From contig JAOAKE010000003.1 in NCBI GenBank assembly GCA_026413805.1, positions 1 to 53,023 on the forward strand: a stretch of DNA of 53,023 nucleotides. Direction: 5' to 3'. The notes under the pieces were generated by a model that saw nothing but the letters and a program-made list of their open reading frames with translations, was not told the origin of the DNA and ran no database searches. Made by a program: the position numbers and the translations under genes. The DNA comes from Candidatus Micrarchaeota archaeon (GTDB taxonomy: Archaea > Micrarchaeota > Micrarchaeia > Anstonellales > Anstonellaceae). Of this stretch, positions 52,160 to 53,023 are shown piece by piece (the first letter of the stretch is position 1; every line of letters begins with the position of its first letter).

Positions 52160-53004
52160 GCATATGCATGTTACGCCATTCAGTGGATGGCTTGGCTCAA
52201 GTAGCCAGGGCCCCGCGGCAAGCAGCGAAATTCTCCGGGTAGGTGCAGGCAAGATGCGATTACCAGTTTTTAAGGCGGTAATCGCATCCTTCAAACCTTT
52301 GATCCGGAGGTAGGGCGGCGCATCGCAAGATGCAAATACCCCGAGAATTAAAACATTCTAGTAACGGGAGGAAAAGAAACCAACTGGGATTCGGTTAGTA
52401 AGGGTGACTGAAAGCCGAGCAGAGCGCACCGAATGCAGCGCAGCAATGCGCTGCAGATGTGGGGCGGAGCATCCGCTTCTTGAGGCGAGGTCGGCTGGAA
52501 AGCCGCGCCATAGAGGGTGAAAGCCCCGTAGTTTAAGGGAGGCGGAGCGAAGCTGCAAGAGTAGTGCTCCTTGAGTATGGGGCATGAATATGGGGGGACT
52601 AACCTCCAACTCTAAATATAACTTGAGACCGATAGCGAATTAGTAACGCGAGTGAAAGCTGAAAAGGAGCCCGAAAGGGCAGTGAAAAGAGCCTCAAACT
52701 GAATGGTCACAGCTTGATGCAGCGCAAAAGGGCACGACCTGCAAAGCAAGCGCGCGAGAGCGCGCAAGCCAGCAGGGCATACCAGCGTTGCATCGTTCTT
52801 CTCGAAGCAAGAGCCAGGGAGTTGATGCTGCGTGGCGAGGCGAGAGCCGAAGCGAAAGCGAGTGTGCGCACCGAAAGGGAGGCACGTCGTGCGAAAGCGC
52901 GACCAGTCACGCTCATCAGACCTGAAGCCGATGTGAACTAAGCGAGCGCAGGGCGAAGCCAGCCTGACGGCTGGTGGAGGCCCGCAACCGGTGCTAGTAT
53001 ATTC
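52160..53004 (+). rRNA. 23S (LSU) rRNA, 5' ~850 nt only; the 5' end is approximate and the gene is truncated by the contig end
   Basis: Conserved LSU 5'-domain strings: ..CAGTGGATGGCTTGGCTC.., ..GGGAGGAAAAGAAACCAACTGGGATTCGGTTAGTAA.., ..GAGACCGATAGCGAATTAGTAACGCGAGTGAAAGCTGAAAAG.., ..GACCTGAAGCCGATGTGAACTAAGC.., ..GGTGGAGGCCCGCAACCGGT... Confidence 0.9.
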
Positions 53005-53023
53005 CTGTCTCTTATACACATCT
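53005..53023. other. Nextera/Tn5 mosaic-end adapter sequence (not biological)
   Basis: The last 19 nt are exactly CTGTCTCTTATACACATCT. The reverse translation gives the familiar MYKRQ artefact ORF. Confidence 0.95.

Noticed and set aside
52249-52285. 12 bp perfect hairpin GATGCGATTACC..GGTAATCGCATC inside the 23S 5' domain, considered as an insertion or intron
   Set aside because: It sits where a variable helix of LSU domain I is expected and flanking conserved strings are collinear. Without an alignment there is no basis to call it an insertion.
52358-53019. Several ORFs on both strands at the window end, including the one starting MYKRQEY
   Set aside because: The region is 23S rRNA. The MYKRQ start is the reverse translation of the Nextera adapter.

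Overview
This window is an archaeal chromosomal fragment of about 53 kb with moderate GC. It is densely packed with housekeeping genes. All assignments come from reading the translations and RNA folds by eye; no searches were run.

The archaeal origin is clear from several conserved clusters:
- S19e, a PDCD5-like protein, L39e, L31e, aIF6, LX, prefoldin alpha and FtsY
- aIF5A, S24e, S27ae, Kae1 and PCMT
- L7Ae, S28e, L24e and NDK

Other archaeal markers are RadA, an RPA-like protein, RNase P Rpp21, RNase Z, archaeal PheT, PurP, archaeal-type PEP carboxylase and geranylgeranyl reductase.

Purine and GMP genes are present (purM, purD, two tandem purP, split guaA). There are many secreted or membrane-anchored proteins and at least six proteins with class III (type IV pilin-like) signal peptides.

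The window ends inside the 5' domain of a 23S rRNA gene. That gene has no upstream 16S, and it is followed by 19 nt of Nextera transposase adapter.

The most unusual content is RNA-level. All three tRNA genes are interrupted, with six putative introns, and each carries an intron in the T loop. One of them (4270-4447) needs three introns and has an apparent CUA (amber) anticodon, although TAG is used as a stop codon here.

A compact operon of four pilin-like genes plus a large surface protein contains an apparent frameshift at an A7 run. The gene content and the multi-intron tRNAs fit a small-genome (DPANN/Micrarchaeota-like) or similar archaeon, but that placement is inference only. No CRISPR arrays, transposases or integrases were seen.
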